Positions 1 to 9,368 of a stretch of 64,000 nucleotides of DNA are shown here, piece by piece (position 1 is the stretch's first letter; each line of letters starts with the position of its first letter). This stretch comes from a phage. The notes under the pieces were generated by a model. That model was not told the origin of the DNA and did not search any database. It saw nothing but the letters and a program-made list of their open reading frames with translations. The stretch lies in the sequence record PZ168832.1; one strand, written 5' to 3'. The position numbers were made by a program, and so were the translations under genes.

Positions 1-354
1 ATTATTAGAACTCATTGATGTAAAGATTTCTGCACCAGAACGGTTTTCACCAATCAGGTTAATAAAGCCGCCAGTTGAACGAGGCTGAACGAAAGTGAAA
101 CGTTGCATCCACGGAGTGCGGTTGGCACCTTTCCCTGTGAATCCTTGAATCTGAATATTCAGGCCTTCTTGCTCGTTCACACCGATGTAAGTGGTAATTG
201 TTGCGCCAGTCGTCGCTGCGGTCTTGCCGTCCATCGCTTCGCAATCGTAAACAGCGATTGAATCGGAAGTACGGACAGCGGCTTCAGTCGCTTCCATATA
301 CATGGTTCCGAGAATAGCAGTTGCGGCAAGCGCGATTCCAGTGATGCGTTTCAT
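1..354 (-). CDS. Secreted protein, partial (ATG at 354; runs off the window start with no stop)
   Basis: Open frame read by hand from ATG 354..352 to position 1 (118 codons, not in the ORF track because it lacks a stop). N-terminus MKRITGIALAATAILGTMYMEA is signal-peptide-like. Confidence 0.45.
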   Translation of the reverse strand, partial: MKRITGIALAATAILGTMYMEATEAAVRTSDSIAVYDCEAMDGKTAATTGATITTYIGVNEQEGLNIQIQGFTGKGANRTPWMQRFTFVQPRSTGGFINLIGENRSGAEIFTSMSSNN

Positions 355-419
355 TTTCGTTTCCTCTATGATTTCTGCTTCAATGATTAAAGTATACGCC
401 CATTGAAGCAGAAAGCAAA

Positions 420-1415
420 TTATTTATTAGCAATATAAGCAAATTTTTGATAGTTATTTGCTTTGATGAGTTTTTCAACTTCAACAAGGTCATGAGCTAC
501 GTCATCAAGCAAGATGTTGCGCCATGTAGCGAATCGGCCAACACTGAATACGTTCAAATCCATAGTCAGCTGGAGCAGTAAGGCGTGTCGCAAGTCTTTC
601 GGAATGTCGACAATCTTGCCATATTTCTGGTCGACCTTTTCAACTTCTTCAAGAGCAATGTCACTCCATGAGAGGCCAAAGGCTGTCAATACTTCGTCAA
701 CTTCTGCACGCAACTTAATGTCACGGTAACGAGTGATGCCGCCAGCGGCTTCAATTGCGGCTTCACTTACGCTAACCAAAGGAATTGTTTCAATGATCAA
801 TGTGTCGCCAGTGATTGATGCGCGGTAAGTTCTGACGGAGTAGTCAGGAAAGTAAATGGTTTGATACAGTTCACACTTGCGTTTAATCTTAAAGCGGTAA
901 ACACGAATGTTTGCCTTGTCGAATGAGAAATCAATCTTTTGATCAATCCCAGCAAGCTTCATTATGACTGGCAGCGGCGATGTGTTGATGATTGGCGTCT
1001 CGCTATAGCCGCAAAGAGTATCAACAGGAGTATTAAAGAATATGCGGTCACCCAGTTTGTCGACAAGCTGATCATAAAAGTCATCAGGCGCAATATAACG
1101 CGTTGCAGTTTTAAGCTTCATGATTGAACGGCTGCCAAACTGATTGGTGACCTTCATGGAATACATGTTGGCAAGGTTGATTGGGCAATGGTCGTGGTAG
1201 TAGTTGCCGCGAAAATACACAGCCTTGTCAACTGTCACTGCCTTAAAAGGGATTCCGGTAATACGGCTTACTTCTTCGCCGCGAAAGCGTAGCAGCGCCT
1301 TGTGCTGTGGCGCTCGCTCCCCTGCTTCGTACACAATAGAGTTCGGGAAGTGACACGCGGTAATAAGTCCTGCCAAACCGCCGCCGATAATCATTACAGG
1401 TTGTTTCATGTTCAT
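420..1415 (-). CDS. FAD/NAD(P)-binding oxidoreductase, UDP-galactopyranose-mutase / amine-oxidase-like
   Basis: N-terminal dinucleotide-binding motif MIIGGGLAGL (GxGxxG) and C-terminal GRFATWRNILLDDV resembling the GR..Y..MD flavoenzyme motif. ATG at 1415 and 1409; AAGGA RBS is better spaced for 1409. Confidence 0.6.
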   Translation of the reverse strand: MNMKQPVMIIGGGLAGLITACHFPNSIVYEAGERAPQHKALLRFRGEEVSRITGIPFKAVTVDKAVYFRGNYYHDHCPINLANMYSMKVTNQFGSRSIMKLKTATRYIAPDDFYDQLVDKLGDRIFFNTPVDTLCGYSETPIINTSPLPVIMKLAGIDQKIDFSFDKANIRVYRFKIKRKCELYQTIYFPDYSVRTYRASITGDTLIIETIPLVSVSEAAIEAAGGITRYRDIKLRAEVDEVLTAFGLSWSDIALEEVEKVDQKYGKIVDIPKDLRHALLLQLTMDLNVFSVGRFATWRNILLDDVAHDLVEVEKLIKANNYQKFAYIANK

Positions 1416-1439
1416 TTGTCCTTTGTGGGTGATATGAGA

Positions 1440-1468
1440 AGTATAATAGCTAAATTATTTTACAGCAA
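1440..1468 (-). promoter_or_regulatory. Sigma70-like promoter for the oxidoreductase / secreted-protein unit
   Basis: On minus strand TTGCTG, 17-nt spacer, TATACT, between the upstream terminator and the ATG at 1415. Confidence 0.35.
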
Positions 1469-1494
1469 CAAGTCATTTCTATTTAGTACAGACG

Positions 1495-1521
1495 AAAAAA
1501 GACCCACAACAAGTGTGGGTC
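1495..1521 (-). terminator. Rho-independent terminator after the Lys/Ala/Glu-repeat gene
   Basis: Perfect 8-bp stem GACCCACA/TGTGGGTC with 5-nt loop, followed on the minus strand by TTTTTT. Confidence 0.5.
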
Positions 1522-1549
1522 AATTACCGCTATATAACCGTCCTACAGG

Positions 1550-2389
1550 TTATTCCGCTTGATCACCGTCTTCGGCATTGTCGTTGGATTCAACATCGAC
1601 AAACTCGATGTGTCCCATCTCTTCCAGCTTGCTCAGGTAGGAGCGAACGGAAGCGCCAAACAGTTGATCTTTAACTTTCTCGCCCAGCTCATCGATAGAC
1701 TGTGCCACGCCAACTTCGCCTTCTTTGATCGCCGCCAGAACGCGTCCACGGGTGGAATGCTCTTGCGGCTGGCTCAGGCCATTGCCAGTGTAGATGAAGT
1801 GAGTGGCTTTTGCACGACGCTGACCGTTTGCCTTTTTAGCAGCCTTGCGCTCTGCGATAGCTTTGCGACGTTCTTCAGCTTCTTTCTTACGCTGTTCTTT
1901 CTGCTGTTCCGCAGCTTCTTTCGCCGCAATCTTAGCAGCTTCACGCTCTGCCTTGCGTTTCGCCTTGGCTTCTTCTTTGGCCTTCTCTTTTTCGGCCTTC
2001 GCTGCAGCACGGGCTTGATCACGCTCTGCTTTCTTAGCAGCAGCCTGCTCTGCTTTCAGGCGCTTGGCTTCTTCTTTAGCCTTTGCCTTTTCGATTTCTT
2101 TTGCTGCTTTAGCGGCTTCACGCTCTGCTTTCTTAGCAGCAGCCTTTTCTGCACGCTCTTTAGCTTTCTTAGCTGCTTCTTCAGCACGCTTCTGAGCCTT
2201 CTCATCAGCAGCCTGTTTGCGCTTCAGCGCGGCTTCTTCACGCTTGGCTTGTTTTTCCTGCTCACGCTTCTGGCGTTTTTCTTCGGCTTCTTTCTTTTTA
2301 GCCAGGCGTTTTTCTTCAGCCACGCGACGACGTTCTGCTGCGGCTGCTTGTTTTTCTTCTTTAGATAATACTTTGATTGCTTCGGCCAT
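1550..2389 (-). CDS. Lys/Ala/Glu-rich low-complexity protein with a C-terminal globular domain (histone-H1-like / nucleoid-associated candidate)
   Basis: About 200 aa of KAE repeats (AEKAAAKKAEREAAKAAKE...), then a roughly 80-aa non-repetitive C-terminal region. ORF-track start at 2395 is GTG; ATG at 2389 has an AAGGA RBS 8 nt upstream. Confidence 0.6.
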   Translation of the reverse strand: MAEAIKVLSKEEKQAAAAERRRVAEEKRLAKKKEAEEKRQKREQEKQAKREEAALKRKQAADEKAQKRAEEAAKKAKERAEKAAAKKAEREAAKAAKEIEKAKAKEEAKRLKAEQAAAKKAERDQARAAAKAEKEKAKEEAKAKRKAEREAAKIAAKEAAEQQKEQRKKEAEERRKAIAERKAAKKANGQRRAKATHFIYTGNGLSQPQEHSTRGRVLAAIKEGEVGVAQSIDELGEKVKDQLFGASVRSYLSKLEEMGHIEFVDVESNDNAEDGDQAE

Positions 2390-2548
2390 ATTCACAGTCC
2401 TTAAATAAATTAGTTTATTTTATATTCCCCGTTTGGGATAACTTAATTATGCCTTCAGTCGCCGCCAGTAGCAACTAAAAACTATGGCGGCAATGCCACT
2501 TTAATTAAACTGATTTTCAGTTTTATTTTTCGTAAATTTACGTCAACA

Positions 2549-3733
2549 TTAACGCGCTTTCAAATCACGGTACACGGTCAGATTCTTCTTAGCACGGGTG
2601 ATAGCGGTGTACATCATCTTGGAGTACGGAACGCCGCGCAGGATTTCTTCCAGCACGCACACGTTGTCCCACTCGCTGCCTTGCGATTTGTGGACCGTGA
2701 TTACATAGCCATAGTCCATCCCGCCAACAGCGCGTTGAGCCTCTTTGCGCACTTCCTGATCAGTAGAGAAGGAAAGAGGATTAATCTTAACCTTTATATC
2801 TTTGCCATCGGTAAGCGAGCGCAAATTGACATACATGATTTCATTGGACTCGTCTTCGTCCCTTTCAAAGTCCGGCACTGGCTCATAGCTAATAACAATC
2901 CCTTGCTCGCCATTACAGAATCCTGGGCCGTGTTGGTTGAAGGTGCAAATAACCTTCTCGCCGATTCCTGGCATTGGCGTTATACGTCCGCTCACTTGCC
3001 GTAATAATGAATTCCATTTGTCTTTGGTGCTATTATAGGAGCAAATAATTTGATCATCTTCGCCCATGAATTTCTTCAATGCAGTAACGCGCGGCGATTC
3101 TGCCAACACTTTGACGTCATCATATTCACGCGGAGGAAGGCGGTTGCCTTGGCGCACGAAGAAGGAGGCGCGGATAATGTTGGACTCTTTCCCTTGCCGC
3201 ATGATTTCTGTTAACAGTACGTCAACGGCTTCTTCGGTAAAGTAGGCGGCGGCTTTTACCGGAGGGACTTGTCCAATGTCGCCTAATGCCAGGACAGGGA
3301 TGCGGTGATCAAGAAGGCGCTCTGTGTCCCACTCGCCAACCATCGACGCTTCATCGAGTACAACAAGGTGCGGCCTTTCATCCAGCTTTGACTTTCTCGA
3401 AAAGATTGGCTCATTGTCGTCATTTACGCCGCGCACGTTATAGATGAACTGGTGAAGGGTCTTAGCGCCACGACAGCCTTTTTGCTTTAATCGGCTTGCA
3501 GCCTTTCCGGTCGGCGCAATATAGATAGCGCCGTACTCACCGACACAGCGGCGCACAATCTCGCGAGCAATAGAGGTTTTACCAGTCCCTGCATAGCCAG
3601 CGATGAAAAACACGCGCTTCGTCGTTTTACCGTCCTGCAATCGCTTGTACCATGCAACGGCTTTCTCGATGGCGTCGATTTGTTGCGCGTTAAACTGAAT
3701 CACTGGCTCATCATTAAATTCTGGAATGTTCAT
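2549..3733 (-). CDS. dda: Dda/RecD-like SF1 DNA helicase
   Basis: Walker A GYAGTGKT, DEAS-like LVVLDEASM, C-terminal VITVHKSQGSEWD motif; 394 aa. Confidence 0.8.
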   Translation of the reverse strand: MNIPEFNDEPVIQFNAQQIDAIEKAVAWYKRLQDGKTTKRVFFIAGYAGTGKTSIAREIVRRCVGEYGAIYIAPTGKAASRLKQKGCRGAKTLHQFIYNVRGVNDDNEPIFSRKSKLDERPHLVVLDEASMVGEWDTERLLDHRIPVLALGDIGQVPPVKAAAYFTEEAVDVLLTEIMRQGKESNIIRASFFVRQGNRLPPREYDDVKVLAESPRVTALKKFMGEDDQIICSYNSTKDKWNSLLRQVSGRITPMPGIGEKVICTFNQHGPGFCNGEQGIVISYEPVPDFERDEDESNEIMYVNLRSLTDGKDIKVKINPLSFSTDQEVRKEAQRAVGGMDYGYVITVHKSQGSEWDNVCVLEEILRGVPYSKMMYTAITRAKKNLTVYRDLKAR

Positions 3734-4059
3734 TATAACTCCACTACGCTTTCAAGGTCCAGATATACTGGAATAAAATGGCAATCTTCTTTTCGTTCAA
3801 ACATCTCACCATCAACATGGCTGAAGAAAACAGTTGTGTTTGGTATCTTCCATCCTTTCTCGTCGCGCACTAAGTACGCCATGGATTCAACAGGGATGTA
3901 CAGCGATACCGGATTCGCGGCAAAAATAAATTTGATTCTGTCTGGTTGACCCAGGAATCGCATGATTGTTAGGCTTGAATTCAATCTTGTATTAAGGAAG
4001 GACTCAACGATTCCGACGTGTGTTGCACGCTCGCGTTGCTTCGTCTCTTTTTCGTTCAT
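3733..4059 (-). CDS. Hypothetical protein
   Basis: 108-aa ORF with AAGGT RBS; its stop overlaps the helicase start (TAATG), suggesting translational coupling. Confidence 0.5.
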   Translation of the reverse strand: MNEKETKQRERATHVGIVESFLNTRLNSSLTIMRFLGQPDRIKFIFAANPVSLYIPVESMAYLVRDEKGWKIPNTTVFFSHVDGEMFERKEDCHFIPVYLDLESVVEL

Positions 4060-4162
4060 TTCAGGCGACCTTTGTTAGTGCGGAAATATTTTTTGATAGT
4101 ATAATTGCAGATATAGTATAAAGCAAAGTAAATCGAAATTGTGAACTAAATGGTAAATATTG

Positions 4163-4190
4163 TTGACTTTGTATCACTCAATATTATACT
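4163..4190 (+). promoter_or_regulatory. Sigma70-like promoter upstream of the primase-polymerase gene
   Basis: TTGACT (4163-4168), 16-nt spacer, TATACT (4185-4190), in the divergent intergenic region. Confidence 0.45.
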
Positions 4191-4219
4191 GCAGGTATTG
4201 ATTACCGAAGGAAAGAAAG

Positions 4220-5302
4220 ATGGCTAGTTTAAGAGAAGAAGCAAAAATAATTGAAGAGTTTTTAACAGAACTCCAAAGAGGCATCCCAGAAGATGAGCGC
4301 GTCATGACGGTGTTTGCTCCTGAAGCAACGGTACAGACCGACGAGCGCGGCAAGAAGATCAACAGCAGCTTCTGGCCTAAGCCTTGGAAGTTGGGCAAGC
4401 CGCTCATGCAGCACCAAAACGGCTATGCGTGCATCAGTTCAATGCGTAAGTCTCCCAACCCAAAGACGGGTGAGATGCGATACTGGCGTACAGAGTCGGC
4501 CTTTGGTCACGGTATGGCGATGATGGTCGACGACATCGGCCACGGTAAAGGGTCCAAAGGCGATTTAGATTTGGAATTCTTTTTCGAGCGACTGAAGCCG
4601 ACTGTCATTGTCGAGACGTCACCGAACAACCACCAGCTTTGGTACTTCTTTAAAGAGCCGATTGACCATCTTATTCAGTTCAAAGCATTCCTTGGGTCTT
4701 TCGTAAACATGGTACTCAAGAAGGGCGGCGACAATACGATTAAAGACGTGACGCGCGTGGGCCGTGTTCCTGGGTGCATCAACAACAAGCGTGTGACTCA
4801 CGACGGCCCCTATAAATATGTCGATGAGAACGGCGACCCGTTCCGCTGCCGACTTGTCCATGCAGACTACTCCTTGCGCTACACCATCGAAGACATCTGT
4901 CAGGCATTTGGCTTTCACGTCGTTATGTCGCAAAAGCGTGAGATTCAAATTGACGTCGATGAATACAAGTACGATGCTGTTTGGTATAAAATAGCCCAGC
5001 AGATTCTAGCGCGCAACAAAATGGGTGAAGGGTCTGATGGCGACGTCATCGAGAACATGTCAGGCAAGTGCCGCATAATCTGTCCTTGGGGTGAAGAACA
5101 CACCAACGGCGACCCGTATGGCGCTTATTTTCGCGGCCCCATCCCTGGTGCTGAACATGAATTCGTTTTCGGTTGCGCTCACGACTGTCACCGGAAAGGG
5201 GAAGGCAAGAAAGGTTGGACCGCTTTTGTTGAAGCAGTAGTCATGCCTTATATTGAGAATCAACTTGATATGATAAATCGTCGCGCAGGTGGCATAAAAT
5301 AG
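4220..5302 (+). CDS. Primase-polymerase (archaeo-eukaryotic primase superfamily, Prim-Pol type)
   Basis: Motifs consistent with Prim-Pol: acidic MVDDIG, SPNNHQLWYF (sG.G.H-like), DVTRVGRVPGCINNK (D...R.PG..N.K); Cys/His-rich C-terminus. Confidence 0.6.
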   Translation: MASLREEAKIIEEFLTELQRGIPEDERVMTVFAPEATVQTDERGKKINSSFWPKPWKLGKPLMQHQNGYACISSMRKSPNPKTGEMRYWRTESAFGHGMAMMVDDIGHGKGSKGDLDLEFFFERLKPTVIVETSPNNHQLWYFFKEPIDHLIQFKAFLGSFVNMVLKKGGDNTIKDVTRVGRVPGCINNKRVTHDGPYKYVDENGDPFRCRLVHADYSLRYTIEDICQAFGFHVVMSQKREIQIDVDEYKYDAVWYKIAQQILARNKMGEGSDGDVIENMSGKCRIICPWGEEHTNGDPYGAYFRGPIPGAEHEFVFGCAHDCHRKGEGKKGWTAFVEAVVMPYIENQLDMINRRAGGIK

Positions 5303-5360
5303 TTTGCTTTTATTTTCATAGCAACTATAATCATTTTATGAACTGAAGCAGAGGTGATTT

Positions 5361-5507
5361 ATGCAAAGCGAAGAATTGAACATCGAGGTTGAATGTCTGT
5401 TAAAGTCGTTAGAACATAAACCAGTAGAGCTTCCGACCCTTCAAGGAGTCATGGCTCACCATCAAGCGGCTGCGGCCAAACACTACTCTGAATTTGTTAA
5501 GGAATAA
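5361..5507 (+). CDS. Small hypothetical protein (48 aa)
   Basis: GAGGTG RBS then ATG at 5361; below the ORF-track length cutoff; fills the gap before 5510. Confidence 0.3.
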   Translation: MQSEELNIEVECLLKSLEHKPVELPTLQGVMAHHQAAAAKHYSEFVKE

Positions 5508-5509
5508 AA

Positions 5510-5800
5510 ATGAACGAACCAAAAATGATGACCGTTGAAGAAGCGCAAAAGCTTCGTGTTGAAAACGAGCTTAAGCTTGTCAACCAGATTCTCCCCTTGT
5601 TTGCAGGCTACGCAGTGGAGGAAGTTGTTGGGGCAATCCTTAACGTATCCACACATGTCGCTATGAATCTTCAGGCCGAACGATTCAATACGCTGCTGAC
5701 TATTAAAAACCTTACGGTCAGTGCAACGTTCACCGTTGAGCCAGTCAATTTTGACGAAGCTGCAGCCGCGATTCAACAACAGCGAGATCAAGAGGTGTAG
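5510..5800 (+). CDS. Hypothetical protein
   Basis: 96-aa ORF in a coupled gene array. Confidence 0.5.
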   Translation: MNEPKMMTVEEAQKLRVENELKLVNQILPLFAGYAVEEVVGAILNVSTHVAMNLQAERFNTLLTIKNLTVSATFTVEPVNFDEAAAAIQQQRDQEV

Positions 5801-5801
5801 C

Positions 5802-6065
5802 ATGGGTGCTTTCCGTAACGAGTTCACCTGGAACGTTACCAGAAATCTCTCGACTTGTCCTAACTGTGCAAGCGATGTTATCAAGGTGCGGCAGCATCGC
5901 AACGCGGAGGAAGGTGCCTGGGAAGATGGCGACCTTGTAGAGTGCCAGTGCTGCTCTCATGAAGGCGTTGTGGAGCTTTACGCTGGCGAAGGTTGCCCAC
6001 CAGCAGAGCGCACAGCACGCGTTGAATGGGATGCAACAGACTCCATTGGTGATCCTCAACAGTAA
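5802..6065 (+). CDS. Cys-rich (zinc-ribbon-like) small protein
   Basis: AGAGGTG RBS then ATG at 5802; CPNC ... CQCCSHEG pattern. Confidence 0.5.
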   Translation: MGAFRNEFTWNVTRNLSTCPNCASDVIKVRQHRNAEEGAWEDGDLVECQCCSHEGVVELYAGEGCPPAERTARVEWDATDSIGDPQQ

Positions 6066-6083
6066 ATTTAGGTATAGATACTT

Positions 6084-6188
6084 ATGAAAGCCGTAAAGAA
6101 ATACACATTAATCATTTCCCTTGTCATCATCCTGGGGCTATTATATGTATTGGATATGGCATATTATTTGGCAGGGGTGAGTGGATGA
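6084..6188 (+). CDS. Small hydrophobic peptide (34 aa)
   Basis: MKAVKKYTLIISLVIILGLLYVLDMAYYLAGVSG; stop overlaps the next ATG (ATGA). Confidence 0.3.
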   Translation: MKAVKKYTLIISLVIILGLLYVLDMAYYLAGVSG

Positions 6189-6475
6189 ATATTGTAATTC
6201 TTTATGGTGAAAATATCAGCGATGACGACATCGAAGTTGCCGTTGATGTTTACGGTATCGATGAGGTGAAACGTGTTGAAGAAATTAGTGGCGCAAATCT
6301 CAATGAGATTGTCAAAGAAGCTGGCTGCCCTTCGGAAGAGATTCTGGTGGTTACTAACGATGACCTGTCTTCTATGGATCATTTGCGCCGCATCTTCACC
6401 GATTGCCAATACCTTCATGCTGTTCAATCAGTAAACAAATTGAGAAAGGCATACGCCAACCAATTTCCTTGCTGA
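6185..6475 (+). CDS. Hypothetical acidic protein
   Basis: 96-aa ORF. Confidence 0.5.
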   Translation: MNIVILYGENISDDDIEVAVDVYGIDEVKRVEEISGANLNEIVKEAGCPSEEILVVTNDDLSSMDHLRRIFTDCQYLHAVQSVNKLRKAYANQFPC

Positions 6476-6525
6476 TAGTTCACCAGTTATATTGCTTTAA
6501 ATTGAGTTTTACTATATTAATATAC

Positions 6526-6550
6526 AACGCCAGATTTCTGGCGTTTATTT
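6526..6550 (+). terminator. Rho-independent terminator
   Basis: Stem AACGCCAG/CTGGCGTT, loop ATTT, followed by a T-rich tract. Confidence 0.5.
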
Positions 6551-6611
6551 ACCGCACCCTGAAAGGATATATCCATGCAACAATATAACAAAGCCGTATC
6601 AGGAGGATTAA

Positions 6612-8282
6612 ATGTCAATTGAACATGACAATCTTCCAGAGGATACAGGTGATGAATTTGGTGCAATCTTTGACGAAATTCAAGACGCTGGTGTTTCAGA
6701 AGAAATGCAAGCAGCAGAGCAGCAAGGCACCAGAGCTAAAATAAGCCTTCAGCACAAGGCTGTTGAGAAAGATGCAGAGCGCATGGAATGCTACGGTGAA
6801 GAAGACTTGGTTGAAAGGGCACGTTTGCTCGCCTCACTTCAGGTAATCAAGTTCCCTCACTATAAACCGACGAAAGATGATTTTGTTCTTCAGGCGGACC
6901 GGACGAGTGACATGAACCGTTATGCGGTTTTCGACGCGTTGTTTGATAAGGGAAGCGGCGTTGTTCCATTCCCTCACAAAGATACTTTTCGTGGGCGCTT
7001 AGTCGACCATCGCGGCGAAACATTCACCGACCGGACGTTGGAAGTCACAGAGATAGTTGCCGCTGTCGACGCAGCAGGCCTGTCCAACCCAAACTCACGG
7101 CAGGTCGCTCAATCCTATAAGGAATGGGCCATGCGTTATCAGCGCGACGACCTGATGGACTTCTTCTACAAGAAGCTGCCTGAATGGGACGGTACTGCGC
7201 GCATTGAGAAATACCTTATCGAGCTATTCCGACCGTTCGATACAGAGTTAAACCGACAAATCGGTGTGTATTTTTGGCTATCGCTCTATAACCGCCTGAC
7301 CAACCCTGGCTGTCAAGCGCCAATATCCATTGCGCTCATCGGCGGCCAGAACGCAGGGAAGAGTTATTTTAGTAAGCTGCTTTGCGAAGCTATTATGAAC
7401 GACCGCCACGCAACACCGATTCCGTTGAACTTGGCCGCGCAAAACTTCAACCCGTTCTTGCGAGCTATTACGGGTCGCTCAATTATCGCGAACGTTGGCG
7501 AGATGACAGGCTTTAAAAAGGCCGACATCGAAAACATGAAAGCATTCCTGACTAAGACGGAAGATGACCTGGACTTCAAATTTGAAGACACGCAGGTTAA
7601 ACCACGCCAGTGGATTGCGATCATGGACGGCAACGAATACGCAGGCATGCAGCGTGACGACACGGGCAACCGTCGTGTTTACCCTATCTTTGTTGGCCAA
7701 CTTGCTGACAAGGACGGGCAACCGAACTGGTCTAAAGACTTCCAAGCTGACCTTTCCACTTTGAAAGAAGATGTTTGGCAGCTTATGGCTGAGTGCGCTG
7801 CGTGGATGGAGAAGCACGGCGAAGCAGGTTACAACGCCTTTGTTGGTGAAACGTCTCGTATGCTTACTGAGTTCAGCAAGAATGAAATGGAACGCGCTCG
7901 CGGCGTTATCCGTGATGAGATGGTCGACAACGACCTTGTTGAAGTCGTCATTACTGCGCCTTATGACCGACATCACAGCGGACGCTGGCACATCACCAGT
8001 GGTGCAATCGCTATGGGATTCAGAGCTAAGTGCGGCAAGTCGCCTTTCTCACGTACCCTTGCGCCGCACATGTCGAAACTTGGATTTGAGCCTGCAACCT
8101 ATCGCAACCAGCGTGGTTACTTTACGCCGCTGATTAAGAATGAAGCAGGGGAATACATTTCTGACTTGATGACTATCTTGGCGTATCTTATCCGCGACGA
8201 GTCTGACCCTGAAGATATTGAATTCTTGAAGAAGGTTATTGAACGCAAACGTTCTTTAGGAAGAGATAAGGATGAATTCTGA
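6612..8282 (+). CDS. Primase-associated P-loop helicase (VirE / D5-like, SF3-type)
   Basis: Walker A GGQNAGKSYFSKLL; 556 aa; sits downstream of the Prim-Pol gene, giving a split primase-helicase arrangement. Confidence 0.6.
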   Translation: MSIEHDNLPEDTGDEFGAIFDEIQDAGVSEEMQAAEQQGTRAKISLQHKAVEKDAERMECYGEEDLVERARLLASLQVIKFPHYKPTKDDFVLQADRTSDMNRYAVFDALFDKGSGVVPFPHKDTFRGRLVDHRGETFTDRTLEVTEIVAAVDAAGLSNPNSRQVAQSYKEWAMRYQRDDLMDFFYKKLPEWDGTARIEKYLIELFRPFDTELNRQIGVYFWLSLYNRLTNPGCQAPISIALIGGQNAGKSYFSKLLCEAIMNDRHATPIPLNLAAQNFNPFLRAITGRSIIANVGEMTGFKKADIENMKAFLTKTEDDLDFKFEDTQVKPRQWIAIMDGNEYAGMQRDDTGNRRVYPIFVGQLADKDGQPNWSKDFQADLSTLKEDVWQLMAECAAWMEKHGEAGYNAFVGETSRMLTEFSKNEMERARGVIRDEMVDNDLVEVVITAPYDRHHSGRWHITSGAIAMGFRAKCGKSPFSRTLAPHMSKLGFEPATYRNQRGYFTPLIKNEAGEYISDLMTILAYLIRDESDPEDIEFLKKVIERKRSLGRDKDEF

Positions 8283-8929
8283 TGAATAAAGCAATCAACA
8301 TCGCTAAATTCTTTCAAAATCTCGGTGAACTGAACAAAGAGAGTGACGTTCACGGAGAAGAAATGAACCGGATGATTTCAACCGTGTTGCGTGGTTTTGG
8401 GTACGATAAGGACTCCATCAACTGTAAGCGCACGAAGCTTGTCGATGAGACATACCTTTACTACGTTGAATTGCGCGTAGGGAAAGAGTTGATGATCATC
8501 GACCCTAAATTGGAAGGGGCGCACTGTTTTGGCGCTCACCCTCGTGCGAGTGAATTCAAGGGTCGCGGTCGCAACCGACTCCAGAAGCTTGATGATGCAG
8601 GCGACTTGAACATCTCGATGTTCCTCAAAGAGTTCCTTGCGCTGCCGAAGGTTGCATCCTCAACGGGCCGTGATGACCTGTGCAAGATTGGATTCAGAAC
8701 TAAAGATTTGCGCAATGCGCTACGCAAGAAGGGATTTGTACCTTCTTATGATAACGTCGCCGCGCTGATGGCTTCCATGGAGGAAGCTGAAGCAATGGAT
8801 AAAGTGCGCGGCTATTTCCTGAATACAGGCTACACAATGTATGAGTGGCACACCAAAGGATTGACTGTCGCCGACTTCATCTATTCATTAGAGCAGAAGT
8901 ATGTACGCAATATGCAGGCCACAGGATAA
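8282..8929 (+). CDS. Hypothetical protein
   Basis: 215-aa ORF, start overlaps upstream stop. Confidence 0.55.
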   Translation: MNKAINIAKFFQNLGELNKESDVHGEEMNRMISTVLRGFGYDKDSINCKRTKLVDETYLYYVELRVGKELMIIDPKLEGAHCFGAHPRASEFKGRGRNRLQKLDDAGDLNISMFLKEFLALPKVASSTGRDDLCKIGFRTKDLRNALRKKGFVPSYDNVAALMASMEEAEAMDKVRGYFLNTGYTMYEWHTKGLTVADFIYSLEQKYVRNMQATG

Positions 8930-8968
8930 TTATCATCAAAATATTTGCTTTTCTGACGAGGTGATATT

Positions 8969-9193
8969 ATGATTAACTTAGACAGGATTGAGTTAGCACT
9001 TAGTACCTTAATCAAATATTACCAGTTTGCTTTTAAGGCTAGTTTGTTCGGCTTGTTCAATCCTCATCAAGCAGCAAAGGCGCGAAGCAATGCCAACCGC
9101 CTGCGCTGTACTGGTATAGTTATCCACGACCGGATATTGACAGAGGGTAGATTCAGCCATGAATACACAAGGGAGAATAACAAATCAACGTAG
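8969..9193 (+). CDS. Hypothetical protein
   Basis: GAGGTGA RBS then ATG. Confidence 0.4.
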   Translation: MINLDRIELALSTLIKYYQFAFKASLFGLFNPHQAAKARSNANRLRCTGIVIHDRILTEGRFSHEYTRENNKST

Positions 9194-9368
9194 GGCTTTA
9201 CAAGTCCTCATCCACTACCTGTCACGCCTTTATCCAACGGCGCACGAGCAGAATCCATCAACGGGTCACCTGTTTAAGCGCCGTAACCTTTCGTTAAAAA
9301 CATTTGCTTTAATCCAATATGACCGCTACCTGGACGGGCGCTACTGCGGCCCGAAGGATTCTCTATGA
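9159..9368 (+). CDS. Hypothetical protein (doubtful)
   Basis: Overlaps the previous ORF by 35 nt; no clear RBS. Confidence 0.25.
   Translation: MNTQGRITNQRRALQVLIHYLSRLYPTAHEQNPSTGHLFKRRNLSLKTFALIQYDRYLDGRYCGPKDSL

Noticed and set aside
1559-2368. 269-aa plus-strand ORF
   Set aside because: Antisense shadow of the Lys/Ala/Glu-repeat gene; translation is Phe/Leu/Ser-rich low complexity with no RBS.
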